Origin: Thermodesulfobacteriota bacterium
GTDB taxonomy: Bacteria > Desulfobacterota > Desulfobacteria > Desulfobacterales > C00003060
Length of the DNA stretch: 64,000 bases
NCBI GenBank assembly: GCA_034189385.1
Contig: JAXHVD010000004.1
Coordinates: forward strand, 131,195-195,194
Direction of reading: 5' to 3'
Under the pieces are notes generated by a model. That model made no database searches, had not been told where the DNA came from, and saw only the letters and a program-made list of their open reading frames with translations. Positions 51,223 to 61,619 of this stretch are shown piece by piece. The number at the start of each line of letters is the position of its first letter. Position 1 is the stretch's first letter. A program made the translations under genes and the position numbers.

Positions 51223-51996
51223 ATGCAGACAGACCCTGACTGGTGGAAGACCATCTTTGACGAGGTCTATCTCCTTACAGACGCCCGTTCGGTCTGCAAC
51301 GAAGACATCACGCGCCGTGAGGTGGACCTTATCTGTCAACTTCTTCCCATCGGTTCTGGAGACAAAATTTTGGACCTTTGCGGCGGCCATGGCCGCCACA
51401 GCCTGGAGTTTTGTGCCCGGGGTTTTACAGGGTGCACCCTGGTGGACTACTCTGGATATCTGATCCATTGTGCCAGGACAAGGGCGGGAGAATGCCGTTA
51501 TCCCATAAAATGTATTCAGGCCGACGCAAGAGACACGGGGCTTCCTTCTGACACCTTTGACCACGTGCTGATCATGGGGAACTCTCTTGGCTACATCCCG
51601 GAAGCCACTGCTGACAGGGAGATCCTAGAGGAAGGGAAACGGGTGCTGCGCCCAGGTGGCTGGCTATTGGTAGATGTGACGGACGGGCAGGCAGTAAGAG
51701 AGACCTTCAGCCCCAAGGCCTGGCACGAAATCAATGAAGACATGGTGGTCTGCCGCGATCGAAAACTGGAAGGAAACACCCTATGGGCTCGCGAAATAGT
51801 GGTAAGCAAACAGAAGGGGCTAATACGGGATCGATCCTATGCTATCCGCCTTTATGAAGACCGATCCATCGGTGCACTTTTCAAAGAGGCGGGGTTCAGT
51901 CAAGTCAAGGTTCATACCAACTTTTGCCCCCACAAGCAAAAGGGCGATTACGGCTTCATGAACTGTCGCATGTTCGCCGCCGGTCAAAAACCGTAA
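51223..51996 (+). CDS. Class I SAM-dependent methyltransferase
   Basis: LDLCGGHGRH, GNSLGY, LRPGG. Confidence 0.9.
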   Translation: MQTDPDWWKTIFDEVYLLTDARSVCNEDITRREVDLICQLLPIGSGDKILDLCGGHGRHSLEFCARGFTGCTLVDYSGYLIHCARTRAGECRYPIKCIQADARDTGLPSDTFDHVLIMGNSLGYIPEATADREILEEGKRVLRPGGWLLVDVTDGQAVRETFSPKAWHEINEDMVVCRDRKLEGNTLWAREIVVSKQKGLIRDRSYAIRLYEDRSIGALFKEAGFSQVKVHTNFCPHKQKGDYGFMNCRMFAAGQKP

Positions 51997-52023
51997 AAGC
52001 AATCACCAGGACCACATCCCATT

Positions 52024-53385
52024 CTATGTGAACCCATTGGACAAAGGAAACTCAGATATCTTGTGGGAAACACTGTCGACGACGGCCGGAAACTCCTCAG
52101 GCTCAATGCCCGTCTTCCTAAGCCGTGATGCCAGTTCATCTGTATTTAACCGTTCCAACTCCTGACCCACTATAAATCGTGACATAATCAAGTCAGCCAC
52201 ATAGACCAAGTGGGTAAGCGCCACGTCGACGGTGGCCTTTTCAGGTTCGTGATGGTATGTGATGGCTTCTTCCAGGTTCTTCGGTAATTCCCAGTTCTTC
52301 GCCAAGCGGTTCCCGACCTCTGTATGGCTCAAGCCAATGAGGTCGCGTTCCATTTCCGTCAATTCAATGCCCTCTTGCTGCGTTCTACGGTAGAAGAAGG
52401 GGAACGCAGAGGCAACGTACTGATCCAGCACGGCTTTTCCAATGTCATGAAGCAGACCGGCCGTGTACCCCACGGCAGGTAAAGCCATCCCCGTAGAACC
52501 AGCCAACATTTCGCTGGTAATGGCCGTGCCGAGGGCATGCCTGAAAAGTCCTCCTTTGCACAGGGAATATCCCTTTTCGTCTATGGTAAAGAAATCGTGC
52601 AATGAAGCAATTAGAACCAACTGAAGAAGATTTCTGCCTCCTATAAGGACCAAGGCTTGGTCCACAGAATCGATCCTTTTCTTTAAACCAAAGTATGCCG
52701 AATTACTGAGTCTGATGACTCTGGCACTCATCACCTGATCCTGCCGCAGTTCTCTGGATATTTCCTGCAGCCCCTGTTCGTCATCACGCATCATACGGAT
52801 CACTTTGAGAGCGATCTGGGGAATTGGGCGCACCCGATCAATAGCGCTGTCAACCTCCTCTGGCGAGGGTTTCTTAAAGCCTTCCACGGCCTTGGGAGGT
52901 ACCTCACACAGGGGCTCAACGCTACTTTCAAAAGTCGACAAATCCAGCCCCAAACAGCAGGTAAAAAATCCGCCAGTTTCCCTTTTGCTGATGACAATGC
53001 CTTCTTTTTTCAAAAGGTCGACGACTATGTCCGTTGTACGACCTCCAATATCAAGTATCAGATCCCTTTCTGACAAAGGCCCCACTAAGGCGCCACCAGC
53101 CATGCACGCCGTGAGCCTCTCCTTTTCAGCGCCCCTATCACACAACCCTTTGATGAAAATGGGTAGACCGGTGGAGGCATATCTTTCCAAATGCCCGTCC
53201 TCCAAGGCCCCTGTAGGCTCTGGGAGGATGAAATGGGCCAATCCGCCCACGTAGGCGTCGGGATCACAAAGGGTCACACCCAAACACGTTCCCAGGCAGG
53301 CCTCCAAAACCAGGTCTTTCTTTCCACTGATGATTTGACTTCCTGAAGGGACAATCTGTTTTCTTGACTTGTTTCGTGTTATCAT
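52024..53385 (-). CDS. CheD-like deamidase fused to an HDOD domain
   Basis: LGTCLGVTL...GGLAHFILP; SNSAYFG, HALGTA, GLLHDIGK. Confidence 0.85.
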   Translation of the reverse strand: MITRNKSRKQIVPSGSQIISGKKDLVLEACLGTCLGVTLCDPDAYVGGLAHFILPEPTGALEDGHLERYASTGLPIFIKGLCDRGAEKERLTACMAGGALVGPLSERDLILDIGGRTTDIVVDLLKKEGIVISKRETGGFFTCCLGLDLSTFESSVEPLCEVPPKAVEGFKKPSPEEVDSAIDRVRPIPQIALKVIRMMRDDEQGLQEISRELRQDQVMSARVIRLSNSAYFGLKKRIDSVDQALVLIGGRNLLQLVLIASLHDFFTIDEKGYSLCKGGLFRHALGTAITSEMLAGSTGMALPAVGYTAGLLHDIGKAVLDQYVASAFPFFYRRTQQEGIELTEMERDLIGLSHTEVGNRLAKNWELPKNLEEAITYHHEPEKATVDVALTHLVYVADLIMSRFIVGQELERLNTDELASRLRKTGIEPEEFPAVVDSVSHKISEFPLSNGFT

Positions 53386-53520
53386 TAGATGTTTATGGTA
53401 TTGAAACCGCTATGGAGAGACGATCCGCCTTTGCCCCCGTAAATGATGGTCAGGGCCTTTTCAGACAAAGAAGACAGCACCCATGAGGAGGTATTCCCGG
53501 GTCATCTGTGTCCTTCATGA

Positions 53521-53581
53521 TCATACATAACAAAACAACCACCCGCATAGCGGGTGGTTGTTTTTGCCATGATATGTATGA
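53521..53581. repeat. Long intergenic hairpin
   Basis: AAAACAACCACCCGC-ata-GCGGGTGGTTGTTTT plus outer TCATACATA/TATGTATGA. Confidence 0.8.
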
Positions 53582-53793
53582 AAAGCACTGTCGTTTCAAA
53601 CTCCACTTTAGTAGTAATTATTTTAATCACCAAGGCCTATAAATGTCAAGATTAAAGGGGCCTAGCCCAGTGCCCGTTGTATGACCGTATCGGAATTCCT
53701 TCAGGGCTCTTCAGGATCTGGGGATGTCACTTAGGGGGTTGGCGGTCCGCCATAGGCGAACTTCATAAGCAGGGCTGCAGAATGCCCCATGGC

Positions 53794-54984
53794 TTAAGGC
53801 TCCTTTGGCAGGGTAAAAAAGAAAGTCGCCCCTTTGCCTTTCTCAGATTCGACCCAGATCTTCCCGCCATGGTTCTCCACAATCTTCTTGACGATCGCCA
53901 GTCCCAGACCAGTTCCGCCATCATCTTCGATGTCCTCTAATCGGTGGAACATCTCAAATATCTGTCGGTGATATTTCGGGTCAATGCCTATTCCATGATC
54001 CTTGACGTAGAACTGATGGAATTCTTTCTTGTCTCCGTATCCAACGATGATCGTACGATCTTTTGTGTCTCCCAAGAATTTGATGGCATTCACCAGGAGG
54101 TTTTCCAAGACCTGACTGATCCTTTTTTCGTCGCAGCAGATGGTTGGAAGGTTGTCTGACACAACGACCTGCACACCCTTTTCTTCAAGATAGCTTCGCA
54201 GGCCTGAGACGACATTGCCGACGATGTCAACAGACGGAGCGTCCTCACAAACACAGGGGACTCTCCCTGTCGCTGACAGTCTCAACAGATCAGATATCAA
54301 CATCTCCATTCTAAGGGCATTGGTCTGAATCTGCTCAAGATAACCTAGGCCTTTGTCGTCGAGTTTATCTCCATACTTCTTGAGGAGGCGAGAGGAGAAT
54401 CCGCCGATGCCGATGACAGGTGTTTTCAACTCATGAGAGACAAAATGGACAAAGTGCTCCAGCTCTTCATTCTTTATTCGCAGCTCTTCTTCTACCCGTT
54501 TCCTCTCAGCGATCTCTTGCCTGAGGCGTGTGTTGGATTCTGAAAGGTCCCGGGTCCTCTCCTCCACCCTTTTTTCCAACTGATCATGAGCTTCTCGCAA
54601 AAGCTTTTCTGCCCGCTCTTGTTCTGTAATTCTTCTTTCCTGAATTCGAAAGATATCCCAAAACAAGCGTGCAGCCACATGGTCCATCAAACGTACATGG
54701 TCCGGTTTGGTTCGGGAGATCTCGTTGGCCACGTCATCACGACCAGTGAGCTCAATGACCATGTTCAGGTCTTTGATATCGAACAATTCGCCGTAGTCTT
54801 TCGTTGTATAGATTCCCATCTCCTGGGCATAACGGTAACCCACCGCCTCTGGATTGGTGCATGCCACACCGACGAGTCTCATGGGAAGCTCGTTAAGCTT
54901 TTCCGCAAATATTATCTCCATGATGGCCTTACAGCCGGGACCACCACCGACAATGGCAACACTAAGTGGTTGAGCCTCCTCCAT
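53794..54984 (-). CDS. Cytoplasmic histidine kinase with N-terminal Rossmann-like domain
   Basis: VAIVGGGPG; SHELKTP, NAIKF, DHGIG, GTGLGL. Confidence 0.88.
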   Translation of the reverse strand: MEEAQPLSVAIVGGGPGCKAIMEIIFAEKLNELPMRLVGVACTNPEAVGYRYAQEMGIYTTKDYGELFDIKDLNMVIELTGRDDVANEISRTKPDHVRLMDHVAARLFWDIFRIQERRITEQERAEKLLREAHDQLEKRVEERTRDLSESNTRLRQEIAERKRVEEELRIKNEELEHFVHFVSHELKTPVIGIGGFSSRLLKKYGDKLDDKGLGYLEQIQTNALRMEMLISDLLRLSATGRVPCVCEDAPSVDIVGNVVSGLRSYLEEKGVQVVVSDNLPTICCDEKRISQVLENLLVNAIKFLGDTKDRTIIVGYGDKKEFHQFYVKDHGIGIDPKYHRQIFEMFHRLEDIEDDGGTGLGLAIVKKIVENHGGKIWVESEKGKGATFFFTLPKEP

Positions 54985-55299
54985 GGCCTGATCCTTTCTC
55001 AGACAAATCTGTGTCTTGAATGTACCCTTCCGCGTACCGGGAAGAGGTCGACATCTCGAAAGGAATCATACGGAATTGATATAGGAATGGTCAAGCTTCA
55101 AGAAGGCCGACACCCCACGCACGTGGATTCACACAAGCATCGGCCCGGTTCAGCTTGCCCCATAGCATGGCCTTATGGAACGTCAATCGGAATACAGAAG
55201 GGGCTAGAAGAATGGGGAGGCACGGTGAAGATTCCGCCTGAATACCAGAAAAATAGCGGTCTTTTTAAAATGTTACCTTAATAGCCTCTGGTCAACAAC

Positions 55300-55820
55300 C
55301 CGTGAAGCTTTAAACTGCTCAGCACCCAGGCGCCTATTCTCGATCGCCCGCCGGCTCTCGGGACGCCGCCACTAGCTGTGGCAGCCGCTAAGAGACAGCA
55401 AAAGTCCCTGGCACCTCTTTTCAACACTCCAGAAAGTGCGGTCCTCTTCTATGAAGCCGAATATCATTTCTGGTCCTCCAAGAAGGTGGCCACAGCTTTT
55501 GTTATGATGTCACGCTCCCGGCGAAGGCGCTCAACTTCACACCTTAAACTGCGAACCTCCTCGTCTTGGGCATTGAGACAATCTGTACCCGGGAAGGCTT
55601 GCTCACCGTCTCTGTGCCGGTCGCGTTTCCACCGGCTGATGACACCTTTGCCTACAGTGAGATCTCGCTCAACCCTGGTCTTTGTGTTACCTAGCTCCAA
55701 TGCCAGTCGCACAGCCTCAACCTTAGACTGTCTTTCGTAGGGTTTTCCCATGTCCGAACACCTCCCATTACCTTATACATCTTAGCTGTTCGGTGTGTCC
55801 GCGATTCTGGGAAAGGGGCA
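55300..55820 (-). mobile_element. Degenerate IS3-family remnant (orfA 55464-55751 plus broken orfB start)
   Basis: KVEAVRL...SRWKR...AFPG...LRRERDIITKAVATF; -1 frame MIFGFIEE...; IR-like end at about 55794-55820. Confidence 0.8.
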
Positions 55821-56957
55821 TGGTGTGCAAGAGCTACAAGCCAAGATGTATGAGACGACCCTATGGGCCTTCTGTGGTACTAGAGATACCTTTTATATTC
55901 CGCCTACCTTCTTCTTTGTTGTGTGACATGTTTCCCCGCTGTTTTGTCGAAAATTCGTGTCCAGCACTTAGGTGAACCCAGGGTCGGGTCACTTTTGCTC
56001 TGTAACCATACGAAGGGGCGGCAGCACCGGAGCCGAGGTCGGTGTCTCATCCTAGGATTTAGTGTAGGTGCGGTGAGGGCACGTCTTGCCACCGGCTCCA
56101 GACTTCTGCCACGTAATAAACATACTAGCACAAAGCATGCCGAAGCTCTTAACAGACCTATTTAGAAACAACCGGTAGCCGCGATTGAGCAAAAACGTAA
56201 AATGGATTTTTGACAGCAACAAGGTGTGGGAAGCCAGCAAACAGCATCAAGGGGGATCGTTGGTACTTCCTAGGAATTGACTATTACGAAAAATATCAGG
56301 AAATTAGTGGTTGCCACCGGCTAGAGATGCAGCCGCCTCTCATGCTGTCTGAAAGGGTAAGTTGGAACTTGGATCCGCTCTCATTAAAGGGCGCAATTGA
56401 AAAGGTTAAGAGGACCGAAAAGACGAGAGACCATAACAAGCACCCATACCCTCCTGTGCAAGTCCTGCATCTGAGCTATCCGATCAAAATGACAGCTCGA
56501 CAGAGGAAATGGGATAGCTTGTCGCAAGACATCCTCTGGAATCAGAGATCCCCCTCCTAGATTTGTCCAGAGTACCCTAAAAGTTCGGCCTTTCAAATAG
56601 TTGCTTATGCATAGCGCCACTAAACATTCAGCGAAACCAAATGGCAACCCTATTAGCCTCGCTAAGATTCTCCACCGACAGAATCCAGGTGCAGATCATA
56701 GAGCCTGTTGGGCACCCCCGTGAGCTGGCCCTAGTCCCTCATCCGGCCGACCAGCGTGCTTACCGTCAATTTCTCCGTCCTGGGAAGATGACAGGTAAGA
56801 TTCACAAGAAGAGTTGAGCCGAGATTGGTTTTGAATATCCGAAAATTCATGCTTTTCAAATAGTTGCTCATGCATAGATACTATGCAGGGTCACTTGGGC
56901 GCTCCTTTGGTGTATAAGATTAATAACCAAAAACACAAGAACCAAAGGAGGAAAGCT

Positions 56958-58109
56958 ATGAAAAAAACCCAAGTGACCCTGGGAAAACAGGCTAACACAG
57001 GACTGGCCACATTGTACACAGCCTTTGAATTGAGCAACAAGAAGTGGAAGCTGGCATTTAGCAACGGCGACAAGGTTAGGCAGGTGACTGTGCCGGCAAG
57101 AGCCTTGGGCCACTTGCGTAGAGAGATAGACAAGGCCAAGAAGCGTTTTCAGATGCCCAAAAAGGTGCGGATCGTAAGCTGTTACGAAGCTGGCAGGGAT
57201 GGGTTTTGGTTGCACCGGTATTTGACCACTAAGGGCGTGGAGAATCTTGTGGTGGATTCTTCGAGCATTGAGGTCAATCGGCGCAAGCGGCGAGCCAAAT
57301 CAGACCGTATTGATGCAGGACAGCTTTTGAGGATGCTGATGCGGTATCATGGCGGTGAGAAGACGTTATGGTCAGTGGTTCGTGTGCCAACGGTGGAACA
57401 AGAGGATGCTCGTCAACTTCATCGTGAATTGGAGGCCTTGAACAAAGAGCGCACTTGTCATCGGAGTCGGATTCGGGCCTTTTTGATCCAGCACGGGATT
57501 CAGATCGGTAATCCAAGCAGGTTGGATTTCCTGAAGACTTTGGAGTCTCTTCGCACCTGGGATGGCAAGGTGCTCCCATCAGATCTCAAGGCTCGTGTTG
57601 TGAGGGAATACAAACGGCTGCAGATGGTAGAAGACCACATCAAGTTTTTGGACAAAGAGCAGGAGCAGCGGGTTAAAAGAGCTGACAGTTCATCGCTTCT
57701 GAAGGTTGCAGCACTCAGGAGACTGCGTGGGATAGGCCCCAGGAGTTCGTGGCTCTTTGCCATGGAGTTCTTCGGGTGGCGAAAGTTCAACAACAGGAGG
57801 CAGGTGGCGGGTGCTGCGGGCTTGACCCCCACCCCATATGACAGCGGAGGCAGTCGGCGGGAACAAGGTATAGGTAAGGACGGAAATCGGCGTGTGCGCA
57901 CAATGGCTGTTGAGATGGCATGGGGCTGGCTACGCTTTCAACCGCGCAGCAAGCTGAGTCGGTGGTTCAATAAAAGGTTCGCGCAAGGAGGCAGCCGGAT
58001 GCGGCGTATTGGCATTGTGGCCATGGCTCGCAGACTATTGATCGATCTTTGGAAATATCTTGACTATGGCACTGTGCCCGAGGGAGCAATTCTGAAAGCT
58101 CCAGCGTAG
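56958..58109 (+). CDS. IS110 family transposase/recombinase
   Basis: AFELS, CYEAG, KSDRIDA (RuvC-like), GLTPTPYDSG (Tnp serine); RBS AGGAGG. Confidence 0.93.
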   Translation: MKKTQVTLGKQANTGLATLYTAFELSNKKWKLAFSNGDKVRQVTVPARALGHLRREIDKAKKRFQMPKKVRIVSCYEAGRDGFWLHRYLTTKGVENLVVDSSSIEVNRRKRRAKSDRIDAGQLLRMLMRYHGGEKTLWSVVRVPTVEQEDARQLHRELEALNKERTCHRSRIRAFLIQHGIQIGNPSRLDFLKTLESLRTWDGKVLPSDLKARVVREYKRLQMVEDHIKFLDKEQEQRVKRADSSSLLKVAALRRLRGIGPRSSWLFAMEFFGWRKFNNRRQVAGAAGLTPTPYDSGGSRREQGIGKDGNRRVRTMAVEMAWGWLRFQPRSKLSRWFNKRFAQGGSRMRRIGIVAMARRLLIDLWKYLDYGTVPEGAILKAPA

Positions 58110-58139
58110 CAAGTACTAAGATGGCAAAGGTTTCGGTTC

Positions 58140-58305
58140 CATGGTTGGCAAAGGTGCCCGGGATAGTGCAGGGTGTTCTCACAGACGCCGTCGTCATAGA
58201 GGGGGCACCTTTCCAAGGTGGTTCAGCAAAGCGCTGCCTAGGCGCATGCTGCATCAGGTGTTCGACGCAACACAACGTCGGCACGGATAGAAGCTGGTAA
58301 AGGGC
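58140..58305 (+). ncRNA. Putative bridge/seek RNA of the IS110 element
   Basis: Two stem-internal loop-stem modules whose loops match the target and donor junction sequences. Confidence 0.7.
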
Positions 58306-58680
58306 TCTTGAGTCTGACGGTTAAAATGAACCCGCCAACGAACTGAGGCTAATCGTCTTCATCGAGACACAAGATAAATTGAGGAGGACAGCAGCTAATT
58401 ATTTGCACCAAAGAAAGCCCTTGACATGGGAGACTTACATAGAAGCACTATCGCCAATCGGCGTGATCAAAGAAGTGGTGTAGATAGACAGAGGAGACCT
58501 CGCATTTCAGAGAGTCTTGGGAATTGAGAACAATCGGGCATTATCTCTACGGTGGTGAAAATCAAGATCGATAGCATATACCAAACCTGCAGCCAGAACC
58601 GCACGGCAGACGCGATTGATAGCTGCAGCAATCTCTACTTTTCGCCAAACACCATGTTTACTGCATATGGACATGCAAAG

Positions 58681-58714
58681 AAAAAAAGCGCAGGCGCTTA
58701 AACCCTGCGTTTTC
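58681..58714 (-). terminator. Intrinsic terminator
   Basis: Minus strand CGCAGG..CCTGCG followed by CTTTTTTT. Confidence 0.7.
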
Positions 58715-58734
58715 TCTAACGACTCAAGACGAGA

Positions 58735-58923
58735 TTACACTTGAAACGCGGACCTTCGGTCAAGGCCACTTCTTCGATCAGGGGCGCTTCTGCGATCCAA
58801 CCCACTTCTCCGGTCTTCGGCGGCTCTTCTTTCAGGAATGTGGCTTGAGTATGAAAATCCCCTCCGATCGACACCTGAACGCCTACCGCCGTTGTCATGT
58901 AGTTTTATTACCACGCCAGCCAT
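58735..58923 (-). CDS. Small Arg-rich (D/E)RR-repeat protein
   Basis: Period-6 DRRS repeats with synonymous variation; lies between the PEP-CTERM gene and a terminator. Confidence 0.7.
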   Translation of the reverse strand: MAGVVIKLHDNGGRRSGVDRRGFSYSSHIPERRAAEDRRSGLDRRSAPDRRSGLDRRSAFQV

Positions 58924-58967
58924 ACCTAAATCAGCGCATTATTTCTGATACCACTCAAATATAAAAG

Positions 58968-59633
58968 TTACGCTTTCTTGAAAAACCTCTTCCGTCCAAA
59001 CCCAGCCAAACCAACCAGCCCACTGCCTAATAGCAGCATAGTGGCTGGTTCCGGCACAGGGCTACCTGGGTCGTTGATGAAACTCTCACTCCCTCCGCTG
59101 TCAAAGCCTTGCACGTGAATGCCGATACGCAATTCCCCAGAAGCCAACTCGGCAAGCACATCTGAAAACTCACCCCCGTCCTGCAAATCAAACAGAATTC
59201 CCAAATACTCTCTGGGATTCACGCCATTTGGCTGTTTTGGGGGGTCTGAATCTGCTGAAAAACCGGCCGTGGTCACAAAAGGCGGAAAGAGTGTGTTACC
59301 TCCAGGTAAGACTTCTGAATTGTCAGGGTTGCTAAATGAGACACCGGAAGACGAGTTGTCAATGGATGCTATCCCCAACAGCGTACCGTCGTCAAAGAAA
59401 ACATCACAAATCGAAGAGGGGGCAGGGCCTGTGTTGTGGAAAGTAAACAAAGCCCCACCTCCAGCGTCCTCAGTAACGTCTACCCAAAGTTGGGCCTCTC
59501 CAATCGCCGCATCCGTTGCCTTGTTGTTGGTGATGTTGTTGAATCCAAAAGGTATGGCATGAACAGGCGGAGCAATTAGCGATACAAAGACAATTGCCAC
59601 AAAATAAATTCTCATTTTCGCTCGCAGTTTCAT
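58968..59633 (-). CDS. PEP-CTERM sorting-domain exoprotein
   Basis: Signal peptide; C-terminal VPEPATMLLLGSGLVGLAGFGRKR. Confidence 0.92.
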   Translation of the reverse strand: MKLRAKMRIYFVAIVFVSLIAPPVHAIPFGFNNITNNKATDAAIGEAQLWVDVTEDAGGGALFTFHNTGPAPSSICDVFFDDGTLLGIASIDNSSSGVSFSNPDNSEVLPGGNTLFPPFVTTAGFSADSDPPKQPNGVNPREYLGILFDLQDGGEFSDVLAELASGELRIGIHVQGFDSGGSESFINDPGSPVPEPATMLLLGSGLVGLAGFGRKRFFKKA

Positions 59634-59789
59634 TTGATAATTCCTCCCCAGTCTCATTGCGGATCAATATTCAGTTGTTCACTGGTGCATTGTGGGTCTT
59701 GATTTCTTAACTCGTTCACAACAGTACCCAGATTGTCTCTTCCGTCCCATTATTCAAAATTGCGAGAAGTCTTACGGAGAGATGATACT

Positions 59790-59805
59790 AGCAAGGGGCG
59801 TACCA
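59790..59805 (-). promoter_or_regulatory. Sigma54 promoter for the PEP-CTERM gene
   Basis: Minus strand TGGTAC-GCCCC-TTGCT. Confidence 0.75.
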
Positions 59806-60536
59806 GGAGAAGGCCCTGTAAAAAATAAGAATAAGAAACCCCGTTTTTGGTTAAATCTCTATTGCTTAAATCATTTAGCTGGTCGTGAAATTCCATAAAT
59901 AACGGAAGACTTTGGGAAGGGTAATTAATATGGTATGTAATTTATTTCCCACATTTTATGTACTTTTATGCCACATTATGATTAGATTCCATTCGAGAGC
60001 CATAGGCGGGGAAAAAGTGAAGTGGGTTCGGTTTTCCCATACCTGGGGGGGTGCTCACCATAGGATTTCAGGTGTGATCGCTTGCCAATACCACAGCAAA
60101 AACCGTCCGTGAAAATTCAAAGATTTTCGACGATTATGGCAGCCCTGGACAGAACACAGGTTTGTCTCCCAGATGGCACATGGGAAACGGTCCAGTCCGA
60201 TGGATGATTGCCTACCAGGTCTAGGATTAATCAACCAAATGATTTTATTTCAGATTTGTAACGAATACCACAAGCGTTGTCCAGCTCGCGGAGCCATCTC
60301 GCAGGCCTTTCCGTGAAAGGGGGGCAAGACGACGCTGTTGGGAACATTCACAAGAGGAGTTGAGTGGAGGTTGGTCCTGAATATCCGAAAATCATAGGCT
60401 TTCAAATAGTTGTCTGTTCACCGGGTTATCCACCCTCCACTGAAACCACACGGCAGCTGTCATCTATATAAGAAATCAAACATTCAGCCAGGTCTGCCCT
60501 GGGATGAGGCAGTTTTACGGTCAAACCTGCCGGTCT

Positions 60537-61385
60537 TTACTTTTCGGGTTTGGCCCCCCTGCGATTAATGGCATAGTAGCCTTGAATAGAGATGAAGGGC
60601 ATGACAAGCAACCACAGCAGTGTCAGACGGCTCGGGTCGCGAAATTGATTCAGTCCAATTGTCATTTCTACATGACCTTTTGATGGTTGAGCCTTATAGG
60701 TTCCCATCACCCGGTCCCACCACGGTAGGTTAAAACCGAAATTGCTGTTGGCTTCGCTTGGAAATACGGAATGATGAACCCGATGCATATCAGGGGTAAC
60801 CACAAAAAGTCTCAGTATACTATCAACACCGAGTGGGATCCGAAAATTGCCGTGATTGAACATTGCTGTGCCATTAAGCAGAATCTCGAAAATGACTACG
60901 CCTAGAGCAGGCGCTCCCAAAACTATGATAGCACACCCCTTGATTAGCATTGAGATTATGATTTCAATAGGGTGAAAGCGTGTTCCCGTGGTCAAATCAT
61001 AATCCATATCCGCATGATGCATCATATGCAGACGCCAAAGTGTGGGAACCGCATGAAACATGACGTGTTGCAGGTAAATGACAAAATCGAGAACGATGGC
61101 AGATAATACGACTTTCAGCCAATACGGAACATTGAAATTGTTGAATATACCCCAGCCTCGTTGCTCAACCCATATGGCCATTCCTACAGCCGCCGCAGGA
61201 AAAACGAGACGTAACACCACAGTGTTTATTACCACAATTCCGATATTCGCAAACCATCGACTACTTTTGGAAGTCGTCATTTTGCGACGAGGAGCGATAA
61301 GCTCAACTAAGGCAACGATTGCAAAGATGCCAAAAAAGAAGGCCAGTCTGATGACCATTTCGTTCTTTGCAACAAATTCTGTCAT
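60537..61385 (-). CDS. Sterol desaturase / fatty acid hydroxylase family protein
   Basis: His boxes HVMFH, HMMHH, HRVHH; TM helices. Confidence 0.9.
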   Translation of the reverse strand: MTEFVAKNEMVIRLAFFFGIFAIVALVELIAPRRKMTTSKSSRWFANIGIVVINTVVLRLVFPAAAVGMAIWVEQRGWGIFNNFNVPYWLKVVLSAIVLDFVIYLQHVMFHAVPTLWRLHMMHHADMDYDLTTGTRFHPIEIIISMLIKGCAIIVLGAPALGVVIFEILLNGTAMFNHGNFRIPLGVDSILRLFVVTPDMHRVHHSVFPSEANSNFGFNLPWWDRVMGTYKAQPSKGHVEMTIGLNQFRDPSRLTLLWLLVMPFISIQGYYAINRRGAKPEK

Positions 61386-61619
61386 TGGAACCCCATCTTT
61401 CCAAGATGCTTATTGTGCGCCAACACAAGCCGAGTATAGATTTCCTCCTCTTATCTGACCAGAGACGACTTGCCAGTCGCCTGTGAGTAGCTTGCCAGGG
61501 GTTATACTACAACAACCGTTTGATTTTCTAACAGACCTCTGACTGATCTCAAAATCCCACCTGTGAGCTGAACTGTGGTTTCCGCAAATACAGGACCACC
61601 AAGGGCGTCGTCCAAGTTT

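Larger units (their letters stand above)
56876..58445 (+). mobile_element. IS110-family (IS1111-type) insertion sequence
   Basis: Sub-terminal imperfect inverted repeats (CTATGCAGGGTC / GACTTACATAG), AG core at both ends, long 3' non-coding end with outward TTGACA. Confidence 0.85.

Noticed and set aside
55830..56570. Short ORFs between the IS3 relic and the repeats
   Set aside because: No recognisable motifs or start signals; probably decayed DNA.
56873..58443. CATAGA at both IS110 ends as a target-site duplication
   Set aside because: IS110 elements do not make classical duplications. The IS-free repeat copies and the loop matches fit a 2-nt AG core better.
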